A DNA stretch of 48,810 nt from a virus. Below the pieces are notes generated by a model. It had not been told where the DNA came from and did not search any database. It saw only the letters and a list, made by a program, of their open reading frames with translations. The stretch is from the UHGV virus genome UHGV-1373739. One strand, 5' to 3'. The number at the start of each line of letters is the position of its first letter. The first letter of the stretch is position 1. The translations under genes were made by a program, and so were the position numbers. Shown here piece by piece: positions 37,446 to 45,598 of the stretch.

Positions 37446-37493
37446 CAAGTTAAGGGAAACGAAATAAAAACAAACAAAAAGGAGAACAAAACA

Positions 37494-37739
37494 ATGAAGG
37501 AAATAATTAAAACAGCAGGTAAGGAAGTAAGAATAACAAAAACAACATTACAGAAGTTGATGGAAAGTGAATTGTCTATTGGACATTCGGTAGATATTGG
37601 TAAATACAGATATTTCTGTGATTATGATGAAACAACAACAAATACACTTGTTAAAAGAATTGAAACAAAGTATTTAGATACAACAGGATTCTATGATGAA
37701 TGGAATTGGCAAACAGTAGGCGTAATTAAATACAATTAG
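37494..37739 (+). CDS. Hypothetical protein (81 aa)
   Basis: RBS AAAGGAGAAC; ORF-track start 37431 is inside the promoter. Confidence 0.5.
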   Translation: MKEIIKTAGKEVRITKTTLQKLMESELSIGHSVDIGKYRYFCDYDETTTNTLVKRIETKYLDTTGFYDEWNWQTVGVIKYN

Positions 37740-37839
37740 GAGGTAACAAACAATTAAAAGAAATGATATAAAGTCTTTTAAACAATATTGTAAACAACAA
37801 GGATTAAAACAAATAAATTTTTAAAGTGAGGAATAAAAC

Positions 37840-38433
37840 ATGAAATTTACAGGAACAACATTAAAAGAATATGAAGAATATGCAAAACAGGTACAGAAGA
37901 AAAGTAAAATATATAGCACAATAACACCATTGCTGAAAGAATACCATAGAAAACATAATGATATATGCATGATAAATGGTCTAATACATACAGATAGTAG
38001 TGGAAAACCAATATATTATGAATGTACAGTTGGTGATGGATACTTAGATGAAAATGGCAAATTATGGACAATATCAAATTATTATTCAATAAGATTTTTG
38101 AGCGGTTCAAAAGGCGTAACAATATATAAAGCTATAAATAACAGTATACACTATAAATGTTTTGTTTGTGGGGGACATAAAGATATATTTGGAAAAAAAT
38201 ATTGGAGTTATGGTTGTAGAGTTTATGAAGATTTAGAAGTCGAAGAGATTATAACAAAACTTGTAAAAAGAGATTTTAAAACATATAAAAACATAAAACG
38301 AAACTATATAAATGACTTGTTTTTGGACTTAATGCAGGAAAGATTGATAAAAACATTAGTTTATAATAAAATAATATATAAAAGAGAAAATGGAAGTTAC
38401 GAAGATTACAAATATCATGGTTTATTAGAATGA
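37840..38433 (+). CDS. Hypothetical Cys-rich protein (197 aa), AT-rich moron-like gene
   Basis: RBS GTGAGGA; CxxC-type motifs (YECTVGDG, CFVCGG, YGCRVY); markedly AT-rich codon usage. Confidence 0.5.
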   Translation: MKFTGTTLKEYEEYAKQVQKKSKIYSTITPLLKEYHRKHNDICMINGLIHTDSSGKPIYYECTVGDGYLDENGKLWTISNYYSIRFLSGSKGVTIYKAINNSIHYKCFVCGGHKDIFGKKYWSYGCRVYEDLEVEEIITKLVKRDFKTYKNIKRNYINDLFLDLMQERLIKTLVYNKIIYKRENGSYEDYKYHGLLE

Positions 38434-38511
38434 ACTCTTTTGTATATATTTATATATATTTTCTTTCTTGTGTTTCAAAATAAATTATTCTAATTATTTT
38501 ACAGAATAGTA

Positions 38512-38540
38512 TTGACAGATAAATAGTTATGTTATATAAT
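38512..38540 (+). promoter_or_regulatory. Promoter (TTGACA, 17 nt, TATAAT) + AATCAAGTTAAAGGAAG leader
   Basis: Consensus hexamers. Confidence 0.5.
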
Positions 38541-38583
38541 GTAATCAAGTTAAAGGAAGCAACCATTGAAGGAGGAACAGTAA

Positions 38584-38781
38584 ATGTATAAGGTTATGAT
38601 TGTAGCAGAATTAGAAGTAAAAGAAAACACAGAGAATAGAACAATAGAAGAAATAAACAAAGCAATAGAACAGGAAACAGGTATTGCAGATTGGTTTTCA
38701 GATACAGGAGAATTTATAGAAACATGCAGAGAAGGATTTGCTGATTTGGAAGAAGATAGAATTATAATTTATGAAGATTAA
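38584..38781 (+). CDS. Small highly acidic protein (65 aa, net charge about -13)
   Basis: RBS GAAGGAGGAAC; 19 D/E residues. Confidence 0.5.
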   Translation: MYKVMIVAELEVKENTENRTIEEINKAIEQETGIADWFSDTGEFIETCREGFADLEEDRIIIYED

Positions 38782-38794
38782 TCTAAAATAGTTA

Positions 38795-38823
38795 TTGACA
38801 AAAAGAACAAAACAAGGTATAAT
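38795..38823 (+). promoter_or_regulatory. Promoter (TTGACA, 17 nt, TATAAT)
   Basis: Consensus hexamers. Confidence 0.5.
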
Positions 38824-38883
38824 GTAACTATAAAAAGAAAACAACAAAACAAAGAAAAGAAAGCAGAAAGAGAGGAACAGAAT

Positions 38884-39114
38884 ATGTTTGAAATCAATTT
38901 TGAGTTTGAGACAGAGGAACAGGAGGAACAGAAAGTAAATACAATTGAAGATGGAGCAAGAAAGGAACTTGATAGTATGCCTTATGACCATAGATTTTGG
39001 GTCAGTGATGATGTAGAAGAAAGTTGCCATGCAACTGGTTATAAGGTTGCAATTGATGGCGAGTGGTGGAATGAGTACATCGACAGTGAAGGTAATTTCC
39101 ATTATGGAAGGTAG
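38884..39114 (+). CDS. Small highly acidic protein (76 aa, net charge about -15)
   Basis: RBS GAGAGGAACAGAAT; 21 D/E residues. Confidence 0.5.
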   Translation: MFEINFEFETEEQEEQKVNTIEDGARKELDSMPYDHRFWVSDDVEESCHATGYKVAIDGEWWNEYIDSEGNFHYGR

Positions 39115-39129
39115 GAAGAAGGAAAACAA

Positions 39130-39441
39130 ATGTATAAATTTAACATATATTGGACAGATAAGTTAAAGGTGGATTTCCTACAGAGGGTTATACTCATACA
39201 CAGCTATTTGTATTATGAAGCAGGTAAGAGTGTATGGACGGACAAAAAGTATGATGAAGTTGCAAAGCAACTTACCAACATACAGAACAAACATACAAAG
39301 TCATGGATAAAACGAATAACACAATATGGGTATTGTTTCTATGATTTTGATGGTACAACAGGGTTTGACCTATGGGATAGGTTGAAAGAAAAAGATAAAC
39401 AGTTGATAAAGAACATAACAGAAAGGATGTTGAAACAATAA
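39130..39441 (+). CDS. Hypothetical protein (103 aa)
   Basis: RBS GGTAGGAAGAAGGAAAAC. Confidence 0.5.
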   Translation: MYKFNIYWTDKLKVDFLQRVILIHSYLYYEAGKSVWTDKKYDEVAKQLTNIQNKHTKSWIKRITQYGYCFYDFDGTTGFDLWDRLKEKDKQLIKNITERMLKQ

Positions 39442-39466
39442 AAAAAGAAAAGGAAGTGAAAAACAG

Positions 39467-39664
39467 ATGTCAATGAAGGAATGTATTGATAGTTATTCTT
39501 TCAGAGTTAGTGAAAAGGAGACACAGTTCCGAGATTTATTTGGAAAGGAAGAACTTACAGAAGCAAGAAAAAGGTACTATGCAGAACATAGTGGAACTAT
39601 AGATTACCTTACATATCTAAAACAAGAAACAGAAAGGAAGTTAAGAGAACAAGATGGTGATTAA
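39467..39664 (+). CDS. Hypothetical protein (65 aa)
   Basis: RBS AAAGGAAGTGAAAAAC. Confidence 0.45.
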   Translation: MSMKECIDSYSFRVSEKETQFRDLFGKEELTEARKRYYAEHSGTIDYLTYLKQETERKLREQDGD

Positions 39665-40010
39665 CAAAACATATGACATAGGACAGTTAGTAGAAACATT
39701 ACAGACTGAAATTGAGAACTCAAAAAAATATAATAGAGTTGTAAAATTGGACATTTTAACAGCAAATGATATTCTGGATGTTTTGAATGAAACAAATAAA
39801 AGAGGGCAGAGACATCAAACATTGTGTGATGATTGTTTAATGAAGTCCTGTTGCAATGTAGATTGTACACATGAACATATAACAGAACAAATGTTAGGAG
39901 ATTTAGAAGAGTGTTTTGGAAAATCTTATAGTAAAAGACCTACCTTTGTATGTATGAACTGTAAATACAAAGAACAGTGCAAGGAGTTAACAAAACATGC
40001 AGAAGCGTAG
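39654..40010 (+). CDS. Cys-rich (zinc-binding-like) protein (118 aa)
   Basis: CDDCLMKSCCNVDCTHEH ..CMNCKYKEQC. Confidence 0.45.
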   Translation: MVINKTYDIGQLVETLQTEIENSKKYNRVVKLDILTANDILDVLNETNKRGQRHQTLCDDCLMKSCCNVDCTHEHITEQMLGDLEECFGKSYSKRPTFVCMNCKYKEQCKELTKHAEA

Positions 40011-40100
40011 TACAAAGTGGTACAGGAAAAATGAAGCAGCTCGGATTCAAGCCAACCAAGAACACGGAAAGATGGTGATAGATTGAGTGGTAAAAAGGGG

Positions 40101-40775
40101 ATGAAAATAAAGAATAGAAAGCCAATGTCACAGGAGACAAGGAAACGAATAAGCGAAACAATGAAAAGAAAATGGAAAGAAAAAGAGTACAGAGAAAATA
40201 TGTGCGATGCGCATAGACATGATTTAACAGATGAATGGAAGAGAAACATTTCAAAAGGAATGAAGGGAAAGAAGAAGAGCGAAAAGACAAAAAAGAGAAT
40301 GTCGGAATATCAGTCTAACAGGACTAGAGAACATGAAGAGAACTTTAGAAAATCATGGAAAGAACAATGGAATAGTTTGACTAAAGCACAGCAATTAGAA
40401 AGGATTTCAAAATGGATTGAAGCAGGGCATAAGTCGTTTAATTCTTTTTCGTTAAAACCGACAAGTATAGAAATAAAAGTAAAGAAACAGCTTGATAAGT
40501 ATGGAATAAAATATATACAGCAAAAACATATAAATGATGGGGAAAGAAATTATTACCTTGATTTTTATATTCCTAGTTTTAAACTTGTTATAGAATGTAA
40601 TGGTGATTACTGGCACAATAAACAAGATAGAAAAGAAAGAGATAAAAGACTTGAAACATATGTCAAAAGTACAGGAAGAAATATAGTATTTATATGGGAA
40701 CATGAAATAAACGACGAGTGGTTTTGCATATTGGATTATTTACCATATGAAAGTGTGGTGATGCTATATGACTAG
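40101..40775 (+). CDS. Homing endonuclease-like protein: 3x NUMOD3 DNA-binding repeats + C-terminal Vsr/DUF559-like PD-(D/E)XK nuclease domain
   Basis: Repeats SQETRKRISETMKRKWKE / TDEWKRNISKGMKGKKKS / SEKTKKRMSEYQSN; C-terminal YYLDFYIPSFKLVIECNGDYWHNKQDRKERDKRLETYVKSTGRNIVFIWEHEI; AT-rich; ATG 40101 with AAAAGGGG RBS (ORF-track start 40083 TTG). Confidence 0.65.
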   Translation: MKIKNRKPMSQETRKRISETMKRKWKEKEYRENMCDAHRHDLTDEWKRNISKGMKGKKKSEKTKKRMSEYQSNRTREHEENFRKSWKEQWNSLTKAQQLERISKWIEAGHKSFNSFSLKPTSIEIKVKKQLDKYGIKYIQQKHINDGERNYYLDFYIPSFKLVIECNGDYWHNKQDRKERDKRLETYVKSTGRNIVFIWEHEINDEWFCILDYLPYESVVMLYD

Positions 40776-40859
40776 ACGCTCGACTAAATTTTATAGAAAA
40801 AATGAAATAGAAGTGATGGAAAGATTAGGGTTTAAACCAACAAAGAACAGCGGTTCTGG

Positions 40860-41321
40860 TTGGATATAGAGAAAGAGGACGGACAGAATGAACAGTGTAT
40901 TTGTCAGTTGAAATCTACGGATAAGCAGAGCATTAGCATTAAACAGAATGATATTCATATCTTAGAACAAAATGCGGCTGTGGCTCATAAATTGCCTGTA
41001 TTCGCTTTGCAATTTCTCAACACTGGTGAAGTATGGGTGATGATAAAACCAGAGGATTTAAACCTAATACAGAACCTTGTGGCTGGTGTTGATATTTCAG
41101 AACAATTACAATCTGGTTTTGATTTTGGTGTTGACAATGAGGACGATACCTGTTATAATGTTAATGTAAGAAGTAGAAACGCAGGAAAATCTTACATTGC
41201 TAGACAGGCTTACATGAAACAAAGGGAGAAGGAAAGAAAAGAACAAGAACAAGAGTTCAAACAAAGAATGAAGGAGAAAAACAGAGAAAGGAGAAAACAG
41301 GTTGGCAGAGAAGAAATTTAA
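40860..41321 (+). CDS. Hjc-family (archaeal-type) Holliday junction resolvase-like core; the expected N-terminal segment (MERLGFKPTKNSGSGW) lies in another frame (40816-40869), so frameshifted/disrupted or a pseudogene
   Basis: AHKLPVFALQFLNTGEVWVMIKPEDL resembles Hjc [22 protein letters not shown]; upstream peptide resembles the Hjc N-terminal E..GF..SGS motif but is -1 out of frame. Confidence 0.45.
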   Translation: MDIEKEDGQNEQCICQLKSTDKQSISIKQNDIHILEQNAAVAHKLPVFALQFLNTGEVWVMIKPEDLNLIQNLVAGVDISEQLQSGFDFGVDNEDDTCYNVNVRSRNAGKSYIARQAYMKQREKERKEQEQEFKQRMKEKNRERRKQVGREEI

Positions 41322-41688
41322 ACAGAAGGGCATTGCAACCTTTGAAGGGTTAAGCATTGGAAAGAACAGAACAGTACAAGTGAAGTTCAAACTCCGATAT
41401 GACGAAATCCTAACAAGTGTTGAATTGTTACAGGGGCTAAACAATGATATTACGGTTCATGCAAAAACAGCAACAAGCAACCCAATGAGTTTGGGCATCT
41501 TCACCATAGGTTCTGTCAATTTTGACAAAGATGGAAACGCAACAATACCTTTCAAGTCATTAGTGGACAATGTGAATCTTGATAACATTTGTGCTTTGGT
41601 GGATGAGGACTATATCCAGTTACGTTTCCAAGCAATAATTGAACTCCCAGATACTAGCGAAGGGGGTGGGGAAGAATGGGAAGATTAA
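41302..41688 (+). CDS. Hypothetical protein (TTG start; no ATG until late)
   Basis: ORF overlapping end of upstream gene; weak RBS. Confidence 0.35.
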   Translation: MAEKKFKQKGIATFEGLSIGKNRTVQVKFKLRYDEILTSVELLQGLNNDITVHAKTATSNPMSLGIFTIGSVNFDKDGNATIPFKSLVDNVNLDNICALVDEDYIQLRFQAIIELPDTSEGGGEEWED

Positions 41689-41987
41689 CTTACAAGGAAC
41701 TGTCAAAACAGAAATTTAAAGAACAACGCAATGTTGTAATTTCAGAAGCGTTTGACAGAGACAACAATCATCTTGGGTATTCCATTGCGGAACAGTTGGT
41801 AACAGAGGAAGAAGGCAAAGAAATCAAAGTGTTCCTTAAAGGTGGACTTGGCATTGTGGACGCAGAAGGGTTGTTACAGTTGAAAGAAGCAGTTGACGAT
41901 GCGTGTATCAAGTTGGGATTGATTACTGAATGTCATTCTTGCGAGTGTTCATGTGAAGAAAATAAAAAAGTTACAAAAATGTGTTGA
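41676..41987 (+). CDS. Hypothetical protein with C-terminal Cys cluster (CHSCECSCEEN)
   Basis: RBS GGGGGTGGGGAAG. Confidence 0.45.
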   Translation: MGRLTYKELSKQKFKEQRNVVISEAFDRDNNHLGYSIAEQLVTEEEGKEIKVFLKGGLGIVDAEGLLQLKEAVDDACIKLGLITECHSCECSCEENKKVTKMC

Positions 41988-42012
41988 CACACAGAACAAC
42001 AAGTGATATAAT
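41984..42012 (+). promoter_or_regulatory. Promoter (TTGACA, 17 nt, TGaTATAAT) followed by ~130-nt purine-rich leader
   Basis: Consensus hexamers; -35 overlaps upstream stop codon. Confidence 0.5.
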
Positions 42013-42141
42013 AAAGGTATCAAAGGAAAGGGAATAAAACCTTTCTGGTGATAGAAACAAACAAAGAACAGCAAGAGAAGAAGGAAAAAACAAACAAGAG
42101 AAACAAAGAATCAAATTAAAAAAGAAAAGGAGAAAAACAAA

Positions 42142-42822
42142 ATGGCAACAAATTGGAGCGGATATGAAGCCGCAAAAGAAATCATGGGAAGCAACAAGGA
42201 AAATATTGCAGAGATTGGAAGTAGATTTCCACTGTTTACAAGAACAGTTGCATGTGCAAACAGCGAGTATGTTCTTGACATTCTGAAAGCAATCCCGAAG
42301 GTAACTGCAAGAGTTATTGAAACAGGTCTGAAAGACATTGATGATGTGGAAACAGAAGTGGAAGATGCAAAAGAGAAGGACGAAGCACCGAAGAAATCAG
42401 CAAAGAAGGAAACAAAGACAACACAGAAGCCGAATTCAAAGAAATTCGCAGAGGAAGATGACGAAGCAGACGAAGATGATTATGAGAACATGACATCAAA
42501 GGCGTTGTACAAACTTTGCTGTGACAGAGGTATTTCCTCACAGTGCAAGAAGCGTGACAAAGCATCCCTTATCGCAGTTCTGAAAGAGAATGATGGAGCG
42601 GCAAATGAGGAAGAGGACGACTGGGGAGATGAGGACGAGGAAGAAACAGACCCATATGCAGGAAAGACTGCAAAAGAGTTGTTCAAGATGTGTGTTGACA
42701 GAGGTATCAAAACAAAGCCGAAACAGTCAGCAGATGCTTATGTGAAACTTCTGAAAAAGGCTGATGTAGAAGAAGCAGAAACAGAGGACGAAGACGATGA
42801 GGATGACGACTGGGAGATTTAA
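42142..42822 (+). CDS. Acidic protein with two HeH/SAP-like motifs and C-terminal DDDWEI tail (paralogous C-terminal architecture to the SSB-like protein)
   Basis: MTSKALYKLCCDRGISSQCKKRDKASLIAVL and KTAKELFKMCVDRGIKTKPKQSADAYVKLL; acidic tail EDEDDEDDDWEI. Confidence 0.55.
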   Translation: MATNWSGYEAAKEIMGSNKENIAEIGSRFPLFTRTVACANSEYVLDILKAIPKVTARVIETGLKDIDDVETEVEDAKEKDEAPKKSAKKETKTTQKPNSKKFAEEDDEADEDDYENMTSKALYKLCCDRGISSQCKKRDKASLIAVLKENDGAANEEEDDWGDEDEEETDPYAGKTAKELFKMCVDRGIKTKPKQSADAYVKLLKKADVEEAETEDEDDEDDDWEI

Positions 42823-42872
42823 TCAATCGGTATGAACAGTATGCATTAGCAGTATATAAAGTATAAAACAAA

Positions 42873-42913
42873 GGCAGGTAGGTTGGAAACAGAAACTTAC
42901 TTGCCTTTTTGTT
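42873..42913 (+). terminator. Rho-independent terminator GGCAGGTAGG-(13 nt loop)-CTTACTTGCC-TTTTTGTTT
   Basis: 10-bp stem with two G-U pairs and T tail. Confidence 0.5.
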
Positions 42914-42927
42914 TAGGAGAGCAGAAC

Positions 42928-43317
42928 ATGAAAACAGAGGACATTTTAAATTTGGATTGCACCAAAGGGAACAATTTAGAACAGATTAACAAATTTTTGT
43001 GGAAAGTAAAACCTGTTGCAAGGATTCTGGAAAAGAACCATTACACTAAAACAGAACAAGCACCACTAGAATTATTAGAACAGGCATTGCATGGAATCAT
43101 GTTACGATATGGGTACAGAACGCAGGGAATCAATACCTACTATGAAACAGGAGAGGACAAAGAAAGTCGGTTTGTGTTCTACAGTGTTAGTATGTTAAAG
43201 ATAAGGGAAACAAGTGAATGGATTGGCAACGTATATGGCAAAACTATGTGGGAAACAGTTGCAAAAATCATTATCAAAGTATATGCAGATTTGAAGAAGG
43301 AGAAAGCAGGACAATGA
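42928..43317 (+). CDS. Hypothetical protein (129 aa); ORF-track start 42883 lies inside the terminator hairpin
   Basis: ATG 42928 with TAGGAGAGCAGAAC RBS. Confidence 0.5.
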   Translation: MKTEDILNLDCTKGNNLEQINKFLWKVKPVARILEKNHYTKTEQAPLELLEQALHGIMLRYGYRTQGINTYYETGEDKESRFVFYSVSMLKIRETSEWIGNVYGKTMWETVAKIIIKVYADLKKEKAGQ

Positions 43318-43781
43318 AACAGATAACATTCTATACAGATGGTGCTTGTAGTGGAAACCCTGGTGAGGGTGGTTGGGCGTATGTGGAAGTGATACCTTGT
43401 GATAGTGGAATCAAAACAAGCGTAGTATCTGGAAACAAGAAACAGACAACAAATAATGAGATGGAATTGACCGCAGTTTATATGGCGTTAGTAAAAGCCT
43501 TGAAAAACAAAGCAAAACAGGTCACAGTGTATTGCGATAGTGCTTATGTTGTGAACGCTATAACAAAAGGGTGGTTACAGAACTGGCACAACAATGGTTG
43601 GGTAACAAAGGAAGGGAAACCGATTAAGAATAGACACATCTGGGAGAAGATGTACCTGCTTGTGTATGAAAAGAAATTGAACATAACAATGATGAAAGTC
43701 AAAGGACACAAAGGTGACCCCTTGAATGAATTGGCAGACAAAAGAGCAGTAGAAGCAAAACAAAGAATCATGGAGGGGTAG
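43314..43781 (+). CDS. Ribonuclease HI
   Basis: ITFYTDGACSGNPGEGGWAY..NNEMELTAVYMAL..YCDSAYVVNAI..KVKGHKGDPLNELADKRA matches RNase H catalytic DEDD pattern; ATGA-coupled start. Confidence 0.8.
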   Translation: MKQITFYTDGACSGNPGEGGWAYVEVIPCDSGIKTSVVSGNKKQTTNNEMELTAVYMALVKALKNKAKQVTVYCDSAYVVNAITKGWLQNWHNNGWVTKEGKPIKNRHIWEKMYLLVYEKKLNITMMKVKGHKGDPLNELADKRAVEAKQRIMEG

Positions 43782-43785
43782 AACA

Positions 43786-44154
43786 ATGTTGATAGCGGAG
43801 AAAGTATTAGAGAAAGATTTTAAAGGAAGAACAACAAAAGAAGCATATTTGAACTGTTGCAAGTGGTTATCTACTAATGTTATTGCAGTGAACAATTCAA
43901 AACACGTTACATACAAAACAGAGAAGATTGAAACAGATGGCTGGAACAGAACAATAAGATTAACATTGTATGCAACAGCGGACGAAGAAGAAATATGCGA
44001 ACGGAATTGCGACATATGCAAAGAGGTAACAGGTAGCTTCTTTATGAAAGAAAACAAATATATGTGTGAGGTCTGCAAAGTACCACCATACAGAAGGAGA
44101 TTGAAAGACAAATTACATTTAATAAAAGAAGGGTTGAAAGGAAAGATATTGTAA
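43786..44154 (+). CDS. Hypothetical protein with CxxC..CxxC zinc-ribbon
   Basis: CERNCDICKEV..CEVCKVPP; RBS GGAGGGG. Confidence 0.5.
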   Translation: MLIAEKVLEKDFKGRTTKEAYLNCCKWLSTNVIAVNNSKHVTYKTEKIETDGWNRTIRLTLYATADEEEICERNCDICKEVTGSFFMKENKYMCEVCKVPPYRRRLKDKLHLIKEGLKGKIL

Positions 44155-44564
44155 TGAGGAAGAGCAGAACAAAGAATAGAGGAAGAAGAGGGAACAGCAT
44201 ATTGATTGTGTTGTTACAAACATTCGGGGAATTGTTAGCAACCTTTAAATACGGATTGATTGAGGAATTAGACAAGGTTGCTGTGGTGTTACAGATATTG
44301 ATACCGATTGTGATTGCTAGAACGGATTTAAGCACTCCTAAGATGTTGCTAGTATCGTGTGTTCTGGTGGTGTGTGTTAAGTACATACGAGAAGTATGGT
44401 ATAAATTAAACCGTGTAACAGAAAGAGGATTTCCAATACCATTACATAGGTTTACGGACAGAGATGAAAATGGGTTTATTAGTATAAGAGAAGAAGAAAC
44501 ACAAGAAGCAATGCTTTATTTGTGTGATGTAGAGGACTATTTAAAAAGCAAAGGTTGGTTGTAG
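44154..44564 (+). CDS. Membrane protein (basic N-terminus, ~3 TM helices, soluble C-terminal domain)
   Basis: Hydrophobic segments ILIVLLQTF..VVLQILIPIVIA..LLVSCVLVVCV. Confidence 0.5.
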   Translation: MRKSRTKNRGRRGNSILIVLLQTFGELLATFKYGLIEELDKVAVVLQILIPIVIARTDLSTPKMLLVSCVLVVCVKYIREVWYKLNRVTERGFPIPLHRFTDRDENGFISIREEETQEAMLYLCDVEDYLKSKGWL

Positions 44565-44570
44565 TAAGAT

Positions 44571-44732
44571 ATGAAAGTACCATGTAAAAGCTGTGCTAGA
44601 CGGGCAGTCAAATGCCATGCGAACTGCAAGGAGTATCAAGAGTTCCAGAAGGAAAATGAAGAAATCAAAAAGAACAGAAAGAAGGATGCAATCAGTCGTT
44701 CTACCATATTCCGAGCGAATTATCACAATTAA
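44571..44732 (+). CDS. Possible small Cys4 protein (53 aa): MKVPCKSCARRAVKCHANCKEY..
   Basis: ATG-initiated ORF not in track; weak RBS. Confidence 0.3.
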   Translation: MKVPCKSCARRAVKCHANCKEYQEFQKENEEIKKNRKKDAISRSTIFRANYHN

Positions 44733-44735
44733 GTG

Positions 44736-44764
44736 TTGACAATTCAAACATAATGTGATACAAT
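44736..44764 (+). promoter_or_regulatory. Promoter (TTGACA 44736-44741, 17 nt, TGaTACAAT)
   Basis: Consensus hexamers at start of a ~330-nt ORF-free region. Confidence 0.5.
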
Positions 44765-44770
44765 CTGTTA

Positions 44771-45045
44771 TAGAAACGGAGTTGTGTATGGATTGGCACA
44801 AGTAAGTGGTAGCCCGTAAAGGAGAAATGCCTACCCATAAAATAGAAATCGTAATGCCGCATTATTGGTAGCCATTTATGAATCATGGTACAAGACACTT
44901 TATAATTTTATTTGTCCGTTTGGTGTAATCGTGAAACACCGTTGTAACCCGTAAACAAGAAAAATTGAATAATGCATCTATATGCGGCATTGCGGTTTTA
45001 TATAGATAAACAATGACAGACAAGGTTGCCCTTGTCTTATTGTGT
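44771..45045 (+). ncRNA. Candidate structured non-coding RNA (or replication origin): ORF-free transcript bounded by promoter and a GACAAGG-TTGC-CCTTGTC-TTATTGTGTATTT terminator
   Basis: No + strand ORF; long-range complements TAATGCCGCATTA (44852-44864) / ATATGCGGCATTG (44981-44993); repeated GGTAGCC and CCCGTAAA boxes; local hairpin GGTGT-AATCGTGAA-ACACC. Confidence 0.35.
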
Positions 45046-45091
45046 ATTTAGAGAACAAAACATAAAACAAAGCAGGAGGAAAACAAGAAAG

Positions 45092-45598
45092 ATGGGAAGA
45101 AGGAAAGGCAGAGAAGTCAAAGAAGCAAGCGAGAATCTCATACCATTAAGCGAACGCTCTATGGAAGAACGAAAACGAATCTCCAGAATGGGTGTAGAAG
45201 CAAAGCGAAAGAAGAAAGAACAGAACATGGCGTTACAAAACTGTATGCGTCAATTATTGGAGATGAAAACAAACAGTGATAAGAAAAAACAGGTATTACG
45301 TTCTTTTGGATTTACAGATGAGGAACTTACCAATCGTTCGTTACTGATGGTTGCATTGTTTCAAAAAGGTTTAACTGGTGATGTTTCTGCAATCAAAGAA
45401 ATCACAGACATGATGGATAAATTGGATATGTTTGAAAACACAGGAAAGATAACAAGTAACGTAACAATCAATCTGGTTGCTAAAGGGGAAACATATCAGC
45501 CAAATGAAGCAGATGAACAGGAAATCTGGGACGCAGAGAATGGAACAGACTTAATAGAAGATGATGACGAATGGGGAGATGACGTTTATGATGGATAG
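45092..45598 (+). CDS. Hypothetical basic/acidic protein (169 aa)
   Basis: ATG 45092 after GCAGGAGGAAAAC RBS (ORF-track start 45026 is inside the terminator). Confidence 0.5.
   Translation: MGRRKGREVKEASENLIPLSERSMEERKRISRMGVEAKRKKKEQNMALQNCMRQLLEMKTNSDKKKQVLRSFGFTDEELTNRSLLMVALFQKGLTGDVSAIKEITDMMDKLDMFENTGKITSNVTINLVAKGETYQPNEADEQEIWDAENGTDLIEDDDEWGDDVYDG

Noticed and set aside
44701-44898. 65-aa minus-strand ORF inside the ORF-free region
   Set aside because: No RBS, overlaps the + strand promoter, hydrophobic low-complexity translation. The region is better explained as non-coding.
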